Shown here piece by piece: positions 38,441 to 48,423 of a stretch of DNA of 64,000 bases (positions are counted from its first letter, which is position 1; the number at the start of each line of letters is the position of its first letter). The translations under genes were made by a program, and so were the position numbers. The DNA is from Granulicella sp. Its GTDB lineage: Bacteria; Acidobacteriota; Terriglobia; Terriglobales; Acidobacteriaceae. The stretch covers positions 27,565-91,564 of the forward strand of contig DAHWNL010000070.1 in the NCBI GenBank assembly GCA_027339965.1. The letters are read 5' to 3'. Below the pieces are notes generated by a model. It made no database searches. It saw nothing but the letters and a program-made list of their open reading frames with translations, and was not told the DNA's origin.

Positions 38441-39826
38441 TCAGGAGACGGTTGACCCTGCCGTCGGAAGATCTTGATTCGAGCCGTTCCGTTGCAGGGC
38501 CCGGCGCAGCACCAGTTCAAGGGCTGCCTTGGCTTGCAGATAGCTCGCCTCATCGATGCGCTCCTGAAGGCGGTCGGTCTCCAGCAGGAAAAGTTCGTCC
38601 TTCAATGCGGCCATGATCTGTGCCGGTCCAACCTGGGATGCGATCGCCGTGGGCAGGGAAGTGATTCTTTCGGCCCTTCGTCCAGCCAGAGGAGCGTCTG
38701 CGGCAGGTCTGGAAGCCGCCACCGGCGCCACCGCTGGTTTGCGCAGCAGAACTCCGGCTGCGGCTACAAGCAACAGTCCCAGACCGCCCAGGATCCACCA
38801 CTTGTACTTGGTCGAAAGCGGCTCATGCGTGCCATTCGGGTCCAAAGGAGCGCCCAGTCCGCGACCCGGGGCATCATCCGCTCCTCCCTGGTCGCCCATA
38901 GCTGTCTCTCCCTGGTCGGATTGTCCGCTCTGGTCGCCGGCCTGATTCTGAGGAAACTGTCCGGATCCTGCAACGGTAAGATTGATTACCTGCCCCGGTT
39001 GCAAACCCTTCACCAGGTAGGTCGAAGCGTTTGGATCGCCATTGGCTGGGGTAAACTTCCCGCTCCCATCAAAGGTCATCCCCTTAGGTACACTTACCGC
39101 GAACATATCGGTTGGTCCTGCGATCTTCACGGCCAGATTTTCACTGCCCGAATAGGGCAGGTGGTAGGCAACCTCGATCTGCGTCTCGCCCGGCTTGATC
39201 GGGAACATGACGCTGTAAAGCCCCTTTTCGGACTGCGGCTGCAGATCCTCTGAGGTGGGCATGCCATTGGGCCCCTTGGCCGCAGCCCCATCCACTACCG
39301 CGCCGTCCGGCAGATACAGATCAAACGGGGCCTTGGAGTACTGGGTCATGGGGGGCTTGGAGGCATTGCTGACCACCAGGTCCTCGGTCATATTCAGGGT
39401 CGAGCCACTGCTATCGGTCTGCGCGCGGAGCATCAACACCTCAGTCTTCACGCCAGCCACATGCGCGCCGGCGTTGTAGACATCGATGGTCACCGGCTGC
39501 GAGCCGTCCGGGACTGCCTGATAGTAACTGGCCATGTCGTGGGTAACCCGCAGCAGATACTGCCCGCCCTGCGGCATGTTCAGCGAGAACTGTCCCTGAG
39601 GGTTGGTGGTGGTCTCCGTCACCTCCTGCATGCCCTGTTGCGGGCTCATGAGCGCGACCTGGTCGCCGGCCGCAGGCTGATTCGTGGTGCGATTGATCAC
39701 CGTTCCAGTGACGGTCGTTGCCAGGGCGGCCACGGGCAGAATCATGGCTGCGGAGAGAACCTTCGTCATCGAGCAGAGGCTGCGGAAGATCATTCGATAG
39801 GAGTACACACCAAAAGAATACTGCAC
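38441..39826 (-). CDS. Secreted/membrane protein with carboxypeptidase-regulatory-like N-domain, C-terminal TM and short helical tail
   Basis: TVTGTVINRTTNQPAAGDQV...TNPQGQF; TM WWILGGLGLLLVAAAGVLL; start at GTG 39826 (GGAGG RBS) or ATG 39793. Confidence 0.75.
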   Translation of the reverse strand: MQYSFGVYSYRMIFRSLCSMTKVLSAAMILPVAALATTVTGTVINRTTNQPAAGDQVALMSPQQGMQEVTETTTNPQGQFSLNMPQGGQYLLRVTHDMASYYQAVPDGSQPVTIDVYNAGAHVAGVKTEVLMLRAQTDSSGSTLNMTEDLVVSNASKPPMTQYSKAPFDLYLPDGAVVDGAAAKGPNGMPTSEDLQPQSEKGLYSVMFPIKPGETQIEVAYHLPYSGSENLAVKIAGPTDMFAVSVPKGMTFDGSGKFTPANGDPNASTYLVKGLQPGQVINLTVAGSGQFPQNQAGDQSGQSDQGETAMGDQGGADDAPGRGLGAPLDPNGTHEPLSTKYKWWILGGLGLLLVAAAGVLLRKPAVAPVAASRPAADAPLAGRRAERITSLPTAIASQVGPAQIMAALKDELFLLETDRLQERIDEASYLQAKAALELVLRRALQRNGSNQDLPTAGSTVS

Positions 39827-39953
39827 AATTTCCTCCTCCATTGTGACGGCCGCCACCCTGCTCACCCCCCTGCGCTCTGACAAAATGCCGAAGGGAAGAA
39901 GAGGCGCCGGCAAGTGGGCACAGAAGCTCCGGGGCAAAGTTTTGGTCAACGGC

Positions 39954-39995
39954 GGCGTCTGGATTGGGTGGAAAGGCGTCTGGATTGGGTGGAAA
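39954..39995. repeat. 21-bp direct repeat x2
   Basis: GGCGTCTGGATTGGGTGGAAA twice in tandem, intergenic. Confidence 0.85.
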
Positions 39996-40063
39996 ATGGA
40001 GCGCGGCAGTGAAAAAAACTGCCGGCCATACGGCGGTTCTGTGCTGCCTTCGGGCCGGGTCCA

Positions 40064-40336
40064 TCAGCCGCCCAGGGATTCCATCTCGCCAACAACCCGG
40101 GCAGCTTCCGCTTCCAGGTCTCCGCGCTGCCGTTCATAGTCTTCTTCGGGAAACTTGCCCGCACGAAACTCGAAGTTCAGATCGCGGAGGTTGTCATAGA
40201 TCACCGACTTCCGCTCGCGCAGATAATCCAGGCGGGTCTTTTCCACCGGGGCCAGGACCCGCTGCTGCGGCCAGAAGATGTAGGCAAGGCAGCCAATGGT
40301 CAACGCCACCAGTGGCAGTACGGTTTGCAGATCCAT
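40064..40336 (-). CDS. Small membrane-anchored protein resembling the CcmI N-terminal helical region
   Basis: N-terminal TM helix then IYDNLRDLNFEFRAGKFPEEDYERQR; GGAGG RBS. Confidence 0.65.
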   Translation of the reverse strand: MDLQTVLPLVALTIGCLAYIFWPQQRVLAPVEKTRLDYLRERKSVIYDNLRDLNFEFRAGKFPEEDYERQRGDLEAEAARVVGEMESLGG

Positions 40337-40614
40337 CACACCTCCGGAGATGGAGAAACTGTCTCCCATGAAAATCCTACTCCCTGACGCGGAGAGCTCT
40401 TGTGATTCTGGTTACACAGCGCGAGTGGGGGAGGCGAGCCGGAAGGCGGTTGACCGCAACGGCCTTCTCGCCCGGACACGTGGTTTCATCCGGCTTTGTC
40501 GCATTATCCCCCGGCTGGGGACAAGGTATAGTCTATCTTCGTCGGCCAATCGGCTGTCGTCCGGGAGGAGTCATCTCTTTGTCTTTGAAACTCTGGAATC
40601 CGCGTGCCCGCCGC

Positions 40615-41817
40615 ATGCTGCTTTCCGTCCTTCTTCTGGCTTTGCTGCTCCTGCCGCCGTCTTCCTGGGCTGTTTCGCCTGTTCTTCATACCGATCCCAT
40701 TGACCTGACCCCACCCGTCCGGGAGTCCTTGCAACTGTTCTACAACCTGAACTTTGACGCTGCCTTGAAGATCCAGCAGCAGGTGGCCCTGGAGCATCCC
40801 AGCGACCCGATGGCGTGGGACTTCGTGTTGACCACCATCATCTTTCGAGAGCTGTACAACCAGGATCTGCTGGACACAACCTACTATGCTCATAACAGCT
40901 TCCTTACCGTCAAGCGCGAGGTGGAAGTGCCCCAGGCAACTCGCGACCATATCGAGTACCTGACGGCCAAGGTGCTTCAGCTTGCTGACGCTGAGATTTC
41001 CGCCAACCCCAGGGATGCCAACGCTTACTTTGCCCGCAGCTACGCCAAGGGGATGCACGCCGTCTTCATCACGCTGGTGAATCACGCCTTTGCTGCCGCC
41101 GCCCGACAGGGCTACTCGGCGCGCAACGACGCAGAGACCTGTCTCAAGATCGACCCTGCATATGCGGATGCCTGGATGGCCATCGGCATTCAGCGGTTTG
41201 CAGTTGCCAGTCTTCCCGGTTGGCTGCGGGTCATCGTCGGCTTCATGGGCATGGGCGGCAACAAGCAGGAGGGTCTCAATGACCTATGGAAGGCGGCCGA
41301 CCAGGGCATCGTGACTCCGATCGAATCCAGGACGATTCTTTCCCTGTTTTTGCGTCACGACCGCCGTTATCCGGACGCCCTGCGGGTGGAGCGCGGTCTG
41401 GCCAAGGAGTATCCGCATAACTACCTTTTCTGCCTCGAAGTCGCCAACCTTCTCAAGGATCAGGGCCAGGGGCTGGACGCCATCGCCGCCTATAAACAGG
41501 TGATCGCGGATGCCCACAGACCCAAGTACTTCGTCGATCCCCGCCTGGAGTTGGCCTGGTTCGGTCTGGCTGATACCGAGCGTGGTTACAACATGATAGA
41601 GGCAGCGGCCTTCGGCTACACCGAGGCGGCATCGCAACCAGACTCCAGCGATTGGCTGCGCAAGCGCGCTGAACTTGCCGCCGGCCAGATGGACGATCTG
41701 CTCCATCGGCGCCAGCAGGCCATCCAGATGTATCGGGCCGTGCTGACACCAGGGGGCGACCAGACCAAGGCGGCCGCTGCACGCGCTTATCTCCAATTCC
41801 CTTACGTGGGAAGATAA
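40615..41817 (+). CDS. Secreted TPR-like protein
   Basis: Signal peptide and helical repeats (NPRDANAYF, LKIDPAYADAW). Start uncertain. Confidence 0.7.
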   Translation: MLLSVLLLALLLLPPSSWAVSPVLHTDPIDLTPPVRESLQLFYNLNFDAALKIQQQVALEHPSDPMAWDFVLTTIIFRELYNQDLLDTTYYAHNSFLTVKREVEVPQATRDHIEYLTAKVLQLADAEISANPRDANAYFARSYAKGMHAVFITLVNHAFAAAARQGYSARNDAETCLKIDPAYADAWMAIGIQRFAVASLPGWLRVIVGFMGMGGNKQEGLNDLWKAADQGIVTPIESRTILSLFLRHDRRYPDALRVERGLAKEYPHNYLFCLEVANLLKDQGQGLDAIAAYKQVIADAHRPKYFVDPRLELAWFGLADTERGYNMIEAAAFGYTEAASQPDSSDWLRKRAELAAGQMDDLLHRRQQAIQMYRAVLTPGGDQTKAAAARAYLQFPYVGR

Positions 41818-42019
41818 ATTTGCTTCCCCGGGGTCGCCCGACGGTAAAGCTTTCCAGCGTCCTGTTTTGCAGGGCCGAGCCACGCGATTGGCTTCGGGAG
41901 GGCTGGTGCCCGACTTGGGAATCCTTGATCTGGGAGGGCGTTGGCTCCTACGGAACCGGTTCGCGGTTTGCAACGTAGAATAAAGCAGATTTGCGGTTCC
42001 AGCCGGAAGGAGGCGTCCG

Positions 42020-42358
42020 ATGCACTGCACCGCATGTGGCCAGGAGTTGAATCTGGGGGCAAGATTCTGCAGTAGCTGTGGACAGGTGGTCTCCAGTCCG
42101 GCCTGGTCGCCACCCCCGGCGCCGCGTCTGGTCCGTCCCCTCTACGGACGCATGTTGGCTGGCGTCTGCGCGGGTGTGGCGCAGCACTTTGGCTGGGATG
42201 TTACCCCGGTCCGCCTGATTGTACTGCTCGTCGTGCTCTGTGGCTTCGGATCTCCGCTGATCGCTTACATCATCGCCTGGATCGTCATCCCCAACGAGCC
42301 GCTGCCGTTGCCTTATGCGGCGCCGGCGCCTCCTGGTCCTCCTTCAGATCACCTCTAA
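42020..42358 (+). CDS. PspC-domain protein with N-terminal zinc ribbon
   Basis: CTACG...FCSSCG; RLVRP..GRMLAGVCAGVAQHFGWD...YIIAWIVIP; AAGGAGG RBS. Confidence 0.9.
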   Translation: MHCTACGQELNLGARFCSSCGQVVSSPAWSPPPAPRLVRPLYGRMLAGVCAGVAQHFGWDVTPVRLIVLLVVLCGFGSPLIAYIIAWIVIPNEPLPLPYAAPAPPGPPSDHL

Positions 42359-42603
42359 TCGGTAAGCATCCGCGCGGGGTTCTCAGGTCCTGCCGTGCAC
42401 AGGCTCCGGCGAGTCTGCGCTCCAGCGGCTTCCGTGGCGTTGCTTGCAACGGGGGAGGGTTGCCAGATCAAGACACGATCGTCACACCGCGTCCTCGAGG
42501 TTATGGGGTCGGGCCTGCAGGGCGGAGCAGCCTGGTGGAAGCGTATGGCGGGAGAAATCCTCAGCCAGGAGCCATTGGAGGGCTGAGGCGATACGATAGC
42601 AAG

Positions 42604-43887
42604 GTGAACCCTTCCGCTTGTCCCCGCCCTTTTGTCTACGCCGATCACCGCCTGACCTGCTCTGGCATGGACCTGGCCGAGCTTGCTGAAGAGTTTGGAA
42701 CTCCGCTTTACGTCTACTCGGCGGACGCCATTCGAGAGCGCGTCGAGTTGCTGCAAAGGGAGTTCGCGGGCACGCCGCATACTCTTTGTTATGCGGTCAA
42801 GGCCAACTCTGCGCTGGCCGTTCTCAAAGTGCTGGCCGGTCTCGGCTGCGGCTTCGATATCGTCTCCGGAGGTGAGTTGGAGCGTGTACGCCGTTCGGCC
42901 CCGGCAGCGCTTCATGAGGTGGTCTTCGCCGGCGTGGGGAAGCAGGCCTGGGAGATCGATGCTGCACTGCAAAGCGACATCCTGATGTTCAACGTGGAGA
43001 GTGAGGCGGAGTTGGATGTGATCAGCCAGCGTGCCAGCCGGGCAGGTAAGTCGGCTCGGATAGCACTCCGCGTCAATCCAGACGTCTTTGCCGAGACTCA
43101 TCCCTACATCTCCACAGGTCTGCGTGAGCATAAGTTCGGCATTGCCATTGAGCGCGCGCGCCACGCGTATCTTCGCGCCGCCAAACTTCCCGGCATCGAA
43201 CCTGTCGGCGTAAGTGTCCACATCGGATCGCAGATCCGCTCCGTCGAGCCCTTCGCTCAGGCGCTGCAACGTGTTCGCAGCCTGGTGGAAGAGCTTCGCG
43301 CCGATGGACTTTCCATTCGCTATGTCGATGGCGGAGGCGGCTTCGGAATCGAGTACGGCAATCAAGCTTTTGATCCCGCGGCGAGCGCCGCTGCTTATGC
43401 TGCTGCGATCCGCTCGGTGCTGAACGGCTTGGGTGTTCACCTGCTGCTTGAGCCCGGCCGCTTCCTGGTGGCTCAGGCCGGCGCCCTGCTCACTCGTATC
43501 CTCTATACCAAGCAGAATGGCGCCAAACACTTTGTGGTCGCGGATGCGGCGATGAACGACCTTATCCGCCCGGCTCTCTACCAGGCCCACCATGAGATTC
43601 TGCCCGTTCTGGGCGGGTTTCCAGAGAGCGAGCGCCCGCTGGTGACCGTGGATGTGGTGGGTCCGGTCTGCGAGAGCGGAGACTTCTTCGCCCGCGACCG
43701 CACTCTTCCCGAGCTCCGTTCCGGCGAACTGGCGGCGCTGCTGGACGCCGGCGCTTATGGGTTCTCCCTGGCCTCTCACTACAACACCCGAGTGAACCCC
43801 GCCGAAGTCCTGATCGATCATGGCCAGGCTCGTCTGATCCGCCGCCGCGAGACCCTCGAGGACCTGTTCGCCCCCGAAGTTGTATAG
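42604..43887 (+). CDS. lysA: Diaminopimelate decarboxylase
   Basis: FGTPLYVYS, YAVKANS (PLP Lys), FDIVSGGE, HIGSQI, EPGR, VVGPVCESGD, GAYG. Confidence 0.95.
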   Translation: MNPSACPRPFVYADHRLTCSGMDLAELAEEFGTPLYVYSADAIRERVELLQREFAGTPHTLCYAVKANSALAVLKVLAGLGCGFDIVSGGELERVRRSAPAALHEVVFAGVGKQAWEIDAALQSDILMFNVESEAELDVISQRASRAGKSARIALRVNPDVFAETHPYISTGLREHKFGIAIERARHAYLRAAKLPGIEPVGVSVHIGSQIRSVEPFAQALQRVRSLVEELRADGLSIRYVDGGGGFGIEYGNQAFDPAASAAAYAAAIRSVLNGLGVHLLLEPGRFLVAQAGALLTRILYTKQNGAKHFVVADAAMNDLIRPALYQAHHEILPVLGGFPESERPLVTVDVVGPVCESGDFFARDRTLPELRSGELAALLDAGAYGFSLASHYNTRVNPAEVLIDHGQARLIRRRETLEDLFAPEVV

Positions 43888-44067
43888 CACAGAGAGGTTC
43901 GGATCGGTTCGAAGGGCTGCCGGCGGCAGTGCTTGCAGGTCAGCCGGGACGAGCAGGCTGCATGCTACAATCGTTGTTGTCGATGACGCCCACAAGGTCT
44001 GGTTTGCGGCTTGTTTGGGGCGAATTTCATCTTTTGACACGATCTTCTGCGGCAGAGGTTTCATTCG

Positions 44068-44808
44068 ATGTCCGGCCACTCAAAATGGGCGACAATCAAG
44101 CATAAGAAAGGCGCGCTGGACGCCAAGCGCGGTAAGATCTTCACTCGTCTGATCAAAGAGATTACCGTCGCGGCCAAGGCTGGAGGCGGCGACCCGGATG
44201 GCAATCCCCGGCTGCGGACCGCGATTGCCGCGGCTAAGGCGGAAAATATGCCCGCCGATAACATCAAGCGCGCCATCCAAAAGGGAACTGGAGAGCTGGA
44301 GGGCGCAAGTTACGAAGAGATCAACTTCGAGGGCTATGGTCCGGGCGGTGTCGCCATCCTTGTCGAGACTTTGACGGATAACCGCAATCGTGCGGTCTCG
44401 GAGATTCGGCATGCCTTCTCAAAGAACGGCGGAAACCTTGGCGAATCGGGCTCCGTGAGCTACATGTTCTCCAAGAGAGGTGTCATCGTGGTGGCAAAGT
44501 CCGCCTCGAATGAAGACAAACTGACTGAGATTGCCCTTGAGGCCGGCGCCGAAGATCTGGGTGATGAGGGCGATAACTGGGAGATTACCTGCTCGCCCAA
44601 GGATTATGAAGCAGTTCTCAGCGCGATCAAGGCCGCAGGAATCCCGACGGAGGTCGCCGAGGTGACCATGGTCCCTTCAACCTACACCAAGCTGGAGGGG
44701 GCCTCGGCCAGCGCCATGATGCGACTGCTGGAGGCTATCGAAGATCTGGACGACACGCAAAATGTCTACTCGAACTTTGACATGGATGAGGAATCCGTTC
44801 CTGCCTAG
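44068..44808 (+). CDS. yebC: YebC/PmpR family protein
   Basis: [37 protein letters not shown]. Confidence 0.95.
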   Translation: MSGHSKWATIKHKKGALDAKRGKIFTRLIKEITVAAKAGGGDPDGNPRLRTAIAAAKAENMPADNIKRAIQKGTGELEGASYEEINFEGYGPGGVAILVETLTDNRNRAVSEIRHAFSKNGGNLGESGSVSYMFSKRGVIVVAKSASNEDKLTEIALEAGAEDLGDEGDNWEITCSPKDYEAVLSAIKAAGIPTEVAEVTMVPSTYTKLEGASASAMMRLLEAIEDLDDTQNVYSNFDMDEESVPA

Positions 44809-44838
44809 GGTGAGGAACGTTACAAGATCAGGAGATAC

Positions 44839-44866
44839 GAAAGCCGCCACTGATTGGCGGTTTTCT
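44839..44866 (+). terminator. Intrinsic terminator after yebC
   Basis: GAAAGCCGCCA-CTGAT-TGGCGGTTTTCT. Confidence 0.65.
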
Positions 44867-44903
44867 ATTGCAAGAAAGCCGGGAGAGGAAGATTGAGTTG
44901 AAG

Positions 44904-45674
44904 ATGTTAAGAGTACCCGAATTTTGCTTTGGCGGGACGCGGTGGAACGCATCCGTAAAGCTGATGGCGATCGTTCTAGGCCTGGGAGGGTTCGCCAACC
45001 CGCTCCTTGCCCAGACTACCGTCCCTGCAGCCAAAGTCTTCTCTCCTGTAACGACTTTCGCCAACGCGAAACCGTGGGAGTTTGGAGGGCTCTTACAGGG
45101 AGGAGTTGGGTTGGAGCAGCGAACCAACTTCAACTTCATCCTCTTCGGAGGCCACCTTGGCAGAGTCCTTACGCCGCAGCTTGGGAGTGGACTCTTTCGC
45201 GGTAACTTCGAGTACGCCGTTGAGGTCTTTCCCTTTTGGCAGGCTCATACGCCGACCTTCCAGCGTTTGATGTGCTCCGGCATCAACACTGGATGCAGCG
45301 CGCCTTACACAGTCGGCGGAACGTTTACGGGCGTTAGTATCACGCCGATCATTCTGCGCTGGAACTTTACCCGGGGGCGGAGGATCATGCCCTGGGTGCA
45401 AGCGGCCGGAGGTTCCCTTTGGACCAATCACAAGTTCCCCGCGGTGGGTGATCTGAACCCGTCGGATCCAACCCAGACCGGACCTCATGCCGACACCAGC
45501 GTGTGGAACTTTACGCCCCAGGGAGGGATCGGTTTCCACTACTTTTTGAAGCCAAAGCGTTCGCTGGACTTCAGCGTGAACGGGGTTCATATCTCCAGCG
45601 CCAGCCTGGGCGACAAGAATCCCGGCGTGAACGTGAGCTTGCAGATGTCGATTGGCTACACATGGTGGAAGTAG
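44904..45674 (+). CDS. Acyloxyacyl hydrolase / PagL-like outer-membrane beta-barrel
   Basis: Signal peptide, alternating beta strands, WNFTPQGGIG, HISSASLGDKNPGVN (PagL-type His-x-Ser), aromatic C-terminus. Confidence 0.75.
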   Translation: MLRVPEFCFGGTRWNASVKLMAIVLGLGGFANPLLAQTTVPAAKVFSPVTTFANAKPWEFGGLLQGGVGLEQRTNFNFILFGGHLGRVLTPQLGSGLFRGNFEYAVEVFPFWQAHTPTFQRLMCSGINTGCSAPYTVGGTFTGVSITPIILRWNFTRGRRIMPWVQAAGGSLWTNHKFPAVGDLNPSDPTQTGPHADTSVWNFTPQGGIGFHYFLKPKRSLDFSVNGVHISSASLGDKNPGVNVSLQMSIGYTWWK

Positions 45675-45705
45675 AATAGGGACCGTCGAGAGATGGGACG
45701 AGAGG

Positions 45706-46719
45706 GTGAGCCAACTGTTGAACCGAAGTGCTGACCATGGAGCGGGAGCGGAGGCTGAATCAGCCGCTGCTGCTGTGAGTGAGACATCCAACGGGGCGAG
45801 TGACGCCATCGTAGAGTGCGTTCCGAACTTCTCCGAGGGGGCCGATCGGGCCAAGGTCACGGAGATCATGCGCGCCATGCGTGTCCCTGGAGTCCGTCTT
45901 TTGGACTACTCCCTGGATGCGGATCATAATCGCTCCGTGGTGACCATCGCCGGCACCCCGGAGGCGGTGGTGGAAGCGGCTGTGCGCGGTGCGGGCAAGG
46001 CAGCGCAGCTGATCGATCTGACGCGCCAGAGCGGGGTCCATCCCAGAATCGGCGCGGCTGATGTCATCCCGTTTGTCCCAGTGAGCGGAATCTCTCTGGT
46101 ACAGTGCGCTGTACTTGCCCGGCATGCAGGGCTGGCAATCTGGCGGAGGTTCGGCGTTCCTGTGTACTTCTATGAGGCAGCCGCTTCCAGACCAGATCGG
46201 GTCAACCTGGAGGATGTGCGGAGGGGACAGTTCGAGGGTCTGAGGAAAGATGTTCTGAAGGATACGCGTCGGCAGCCCGATGTGGGTGGTCCAGAGCTTC
46301 ATCCAAGCGCTGGGGCCAGCGCCGTTGGAGCGCGTAAGTTCCTTATTGCCTATAATCTATACTTGGCCGCAGAGGGAACGGCGGAGGCCGTCAGCCGCGC
46401 GAGAGCCATTGCCAAGGAGATTCGCGCCTCAGGCGGCGGGCTGTTTGGCGTCAAAGCAATGGGGGTTCTGGCAAATGGCCGAGCTCAGGTCAGCATGAAT
46501 ATTACGGATTTCCAGAGAACACCCATGACGCGGTTGCATGGCGCCGTTCAGGAGATAGCCGCGCGTCACGGGGCCGAGATCGCCGAAGGAGAGGTGATTG
46601 GGCTGATTCCGGAACTAGCCTATGAGCCGAATGCGGATTGGGTGCGTCAAATAAAGCAGTTCGATGCGGAGGAGAAGGTGTTGGAGCGTCGCTTGCGCAG
46701 GCCGCTGGACTGGCCGTGA
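45706..46719 (+). CDS. Glutamate formimidoyltransferase
   Basis: VECVPNFSEG, DADHNRSVVT, GVHPRIGAADVIPF, VGARKFLIAYN, AQVSMNITD. Start uncertain. Confidence 0.92.
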   Translation: MSQLLNRSADHGAGAEAESAAAAVSETSNGASDAIVECVPNFSEGADRAKVTEIMRAMRVPGVRLLDYSLDADHNRSVVTIAGTPEAVVEAAVRGAGKAAQLIDLTRQSGVHPRIGAADVIPFVPVSGISLVQCAVLARHAGLAIWRRFGVPVYFYEAAASRPDRVNLEDVRRGQFEGLRKDVLKDTRRQPDVGGPELHPSAGASAVGARKFLIAYNLYLAAEGTAEAVSRARAIAKEIRASGGGLFGVKAMGVLANGRAQVSMNITDFQRTPMTRLHGAVQEIAARHGAEIAEGEVIGLIPELAYEPNADWVRQIKQFDAEEKVLERRLRRPLDWP

Positions 46720-46892
46720 AATCTGGCTGCGGTTCCAGAATCTCGGTCCTCGGTCTCCACCTCCAGGTTGTAAAGCCTGGACAGAGGAGCTCCGGAACGT
46801 CCAAGCGCGTCAGATGAATTCTGATTCATGCGGCAGAATCAAAAGAGAATGGAATCGGCAATTCGATGATCAACTTACCAGGGAGTTCAGAC

Positions 46893-47897
46893 GTGAAGAA
46901 CCTAAACAGATGGCAGGCTGCGGCGACCGTGACGGTCTCCATGGCGTTAGCGGTGGTGATGGCATTTGATCCGGCGGCGATGCAAGCAGCGCAGTTGAAC
47001 ACTGATGCTCGTGCCTCGATTCCCGAGAACATCCAACAAATTATCGTTGTCGACTACCGCGCCATGCAGAACTCCCCTGCGGCGATGCAGCTCAAGAATA
47101 AGGTTCTTCCGCCAGAGTTGAAGAGTCTGGAGCAAACCCTGAAGAACTCCGGGTTGCAGGTGGACCAGGACGCCGACACACTGGCCTTTGCCGCATTTCG
47201 GATATCGGACTCTTCCGGTTCGAGTGACGCATCGAGCGATGCCGACTCAAGAATCCTGGGCGTGGCTCAGGGCCAGTTTGACACCCAGGCCATTATGGCG
47301 CAGTTCGCGAAGAGGAAGACCAAGCCTATCATGGTCCGCAACAACGCCATCTACCCTATGGGCTCTGGCGGCATGAGCGTCTCGTTTCTGAATGAAACGA
47401 CCATGGTCTTCGGATCTCGAGACGCGGTGGAGGCTGCACTGGACGCGCGCGATGGCCTGCAACCGAACTTTCTGCAGAATAGCCAGATGATGAATGAGAT
47501 GACGGCAATCGACTCCGAGGCCGTGTGGAGCATCCTGGACCAAAAAGGCACCCAGACCATGATGAAGGGCGTGCTGGGAGAGGCATCCGGCCTGGAGGAT
47601 TTCGATACCGTGAAGAACCAGATGAAGGACGCCAACTACACGATGGACTTCAGCAATGGCGTCCGATTCAATTTGACCGTGGACATGGGCAGCACGATGA
47701 CGGCGGCCACAGCCGCCACCATTTTGAAGGGTGTGGCTTTGATGAAAGAAACTTCGGGATCTTCCCAGGAAAAAGACGCCCTGAACAACACAACGATTGA
47801 TTCCGCCGGTGGAGTTTTGACTGTCTCCTACGCTTCCTCCGATAGCCAGTTTGCCGGGCTTTTGCAGTCTCCGCTCTTCCAGCAAGTCGTGAAGTAG
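46893..47897 (+). CDS. Secreted hypothetical protein
   Basis: GGGAG RBS with GTG start, signal peptide, about 330-aa ORF with protein-like composition. Confidence 0.75.
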   Translation: MKNLNRWQAAATVTVSMALAVVMAFDPAAMQAAQLNTDARASIPENIQQIIVVDYRAMQNSPAAMQLKNKVLPPELKSLEQTLKNSGLQVDQDADTLAFAAFRISDSSGSSDASSDADSRILGVAQGQFDTQAIMAQFAKRKTKPIMVRNNAIYPMGSGGMSVSFLNETTMVFGSRDAVEAALDARDGLQPNFLQNSQMMNEMTAIDSEAVWSILDQKGTQTMMKGVLGEASGLEDFDTVKNQMKDANYTMDFSNGVRFNLTVDMGSTMTAATAATILKGVALMKETSGSSQEKDALNNTTIDSAGGVLTVSYASSDSQFAGLLQSPLFQQVVK

Positions 47898-48162
47898 CCG
47901 CCTGGATTGGAGTGATCTTTCTGTAGCTGCTTTACGGCACAGCGAGCAGAGTTGGCAATCGGCTGCTTGTCCGGCAAAAAAGGCTGTCGGCCTATGGCCT
48001 GGAAGATGCCTTGCCGAAAGAAAGAAGAAATCAGCATCCTGGAAGCCGGATCGAGAGATTGGCTCTCCGGTAGGGGAAGACTTCCCCAAGGATCTGTCCC
48101 GGCGATCAAAGAGCAAAGCTTGGGCCCGACCTCCTGCTTCCAGATCTAGCCAACCGTTGCCG

Positions 48163-48423
48163 TCACTTTGTCTTGATGTCAGGAAGCTTGCCGGTGGCGC
48201 GGCAACGTTCCATCACCGCTGCGCGCAGCCGGTCGGCAAGTTCCTGCGGGAACTCGTAGGCGGCAGCTCCACGATAAACGTCGATGGTCTTTCGAGTGGT
48301 ATCCACCACCACCTCACAGTGATGGCATGTTCCCAGATGTGCTTTCACCTCGGCCAGAAGAGAGGGATCGATCTGCCCATCAAAGTAGTCGGTGAGTTTG
48401 GAGAGAAATTCCGTGCAGTTCAC
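48163..48423 (-). CDS. Zinc-binding anti-sigma factor (zf-HC2/ZAS), soluble
   Basis: MNC...LTDYFDG...HLGTCHHC (HxxxCxxC); overlaps the sigma factor stop; no TM helix. Confidence 0.88.
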   Translation of the reverse strand: MNCTEFLSKLTDYFDGQIDPSLLAEVKAHLGTCHHCEVVVDTTRKTIDVYRGAAAYEFPQELADRLRAAVMERCRATGKLPDIKTK

